64,000 nt of DNA, from contig NC_087447.1 of NCBI RefSeq assembly GCF_036321535.1, forward strand, positions 32,738,001 through 32,802,000, read 5' to 3'. The DNA comes from Camelus dromedarius. Lineage: Eukaryota. How positions within the stretch are numbered: the stretch's first letter is position 1; each line of letters begins with the position of its first letter. The notes below the pieces were generated by a model. It had not been told where the DNA came from. It made no database searches and saw only the letters and a program-made list of their open reading frames with translations. This document shows positions 63,450-64,000 of the stretch, piece by piece. Position numbers and translations under genes: made by a program.

Positions 63450-64000
63450 AATCTTTATTTAAAATAAAACATATACTGAAAATATCTTAACATATAAATG
63501 TGTAGTTTAAAGAATGATTATAAAATTAACATCTATAAAACCACTATCAGAAGTCCTTATGTTCCCTCATGTCTCCTTCCTGATTACAAACACCTTCCTC
63601 ACTTACAGAACCATCACCTTGATTTTTAATCGTATTTAATTAAATATATATGTGTATACACACAGTAATTCTAGTTTTGAACTTTATGTAGATGGAATCA
63701 AGTTATGTTCTTAAGATGGACTATGTTGCGTCTGGCTATGTTCATTCATGTTGTGTATAGAGTTTTACTTTGTACGAACACACCACATTTTTAAATTCAT
63801 ATCAGTGTTAGAGCCGTGGTACATGCCTGGCTTGGGAGTACTTTGAGCAGTGCTGCTATGAACATTCTTACAGGTACAGGTGTCCTGGTTCACACAAGCA
63901 CAAGTTTCTCTAGGGTAAATGTCTGAAAATCCTTGGTCATGGAATATACAGATGGTTAACAATAGAAGGTAATGCCAAATTTTTACAAAGTTGTAAATAT
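63450..64000 (-). mobile_element. Old L1 3' end running off the window
   Basis: ttgaactttatgtagatggaatca, cagtgctgctatgaacattctt, aagtttctctagggta. Confidence 0.7.

Noticed and set aside
1..64000. A previously undescribed biological system
   Set aside because: All structure I can see is explained by known transposon classes, simple repeats and local rearrangements; nothing supports a novel gene cluster or functional array.

Overview
Non-coding mammalian DNA (intergenic or deep intronic), most likely from a camelid (alpaca, llama or camel). The taxon call rests on two tRNA-Ala-derived SINEs matching my recollection of the camelid vic-1 family (4911, 39488). I find no credible host protein-coding exon or RNA gene and no novel biological system. 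The only recognisable protein remnants are decayed LINE-1 ORF1/ORF2 pieces and a retroviral protease motif (DTGA, 33491). Much of the window is transposon-derived: many MIRs, L2, L1 of several ages, MaLR/ERV LTRs, and hAT and Tigger MITEs, often nested. The notable features are structural: (1) an apparent ~540-bp inversion that split one hAT MITE (13.8-14.5 kb); (2) a nearly perfect 4x130-bp tandem array inside an ancient L2 (25.7-26.2 kb); (3) an internally deleted class III provirus with a nested ERV1 solo LTR and a G-quadruplex motif (31.0-34.5 kb); (4) two convergent L1s fused at a junction with a duplication scar (19.4 kb); (5) a young L1 with a double poly(A) tail (51.1 kb). Family names come from recalled consensus sequences, not from a search. 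Boundaries of old elements are approximate.
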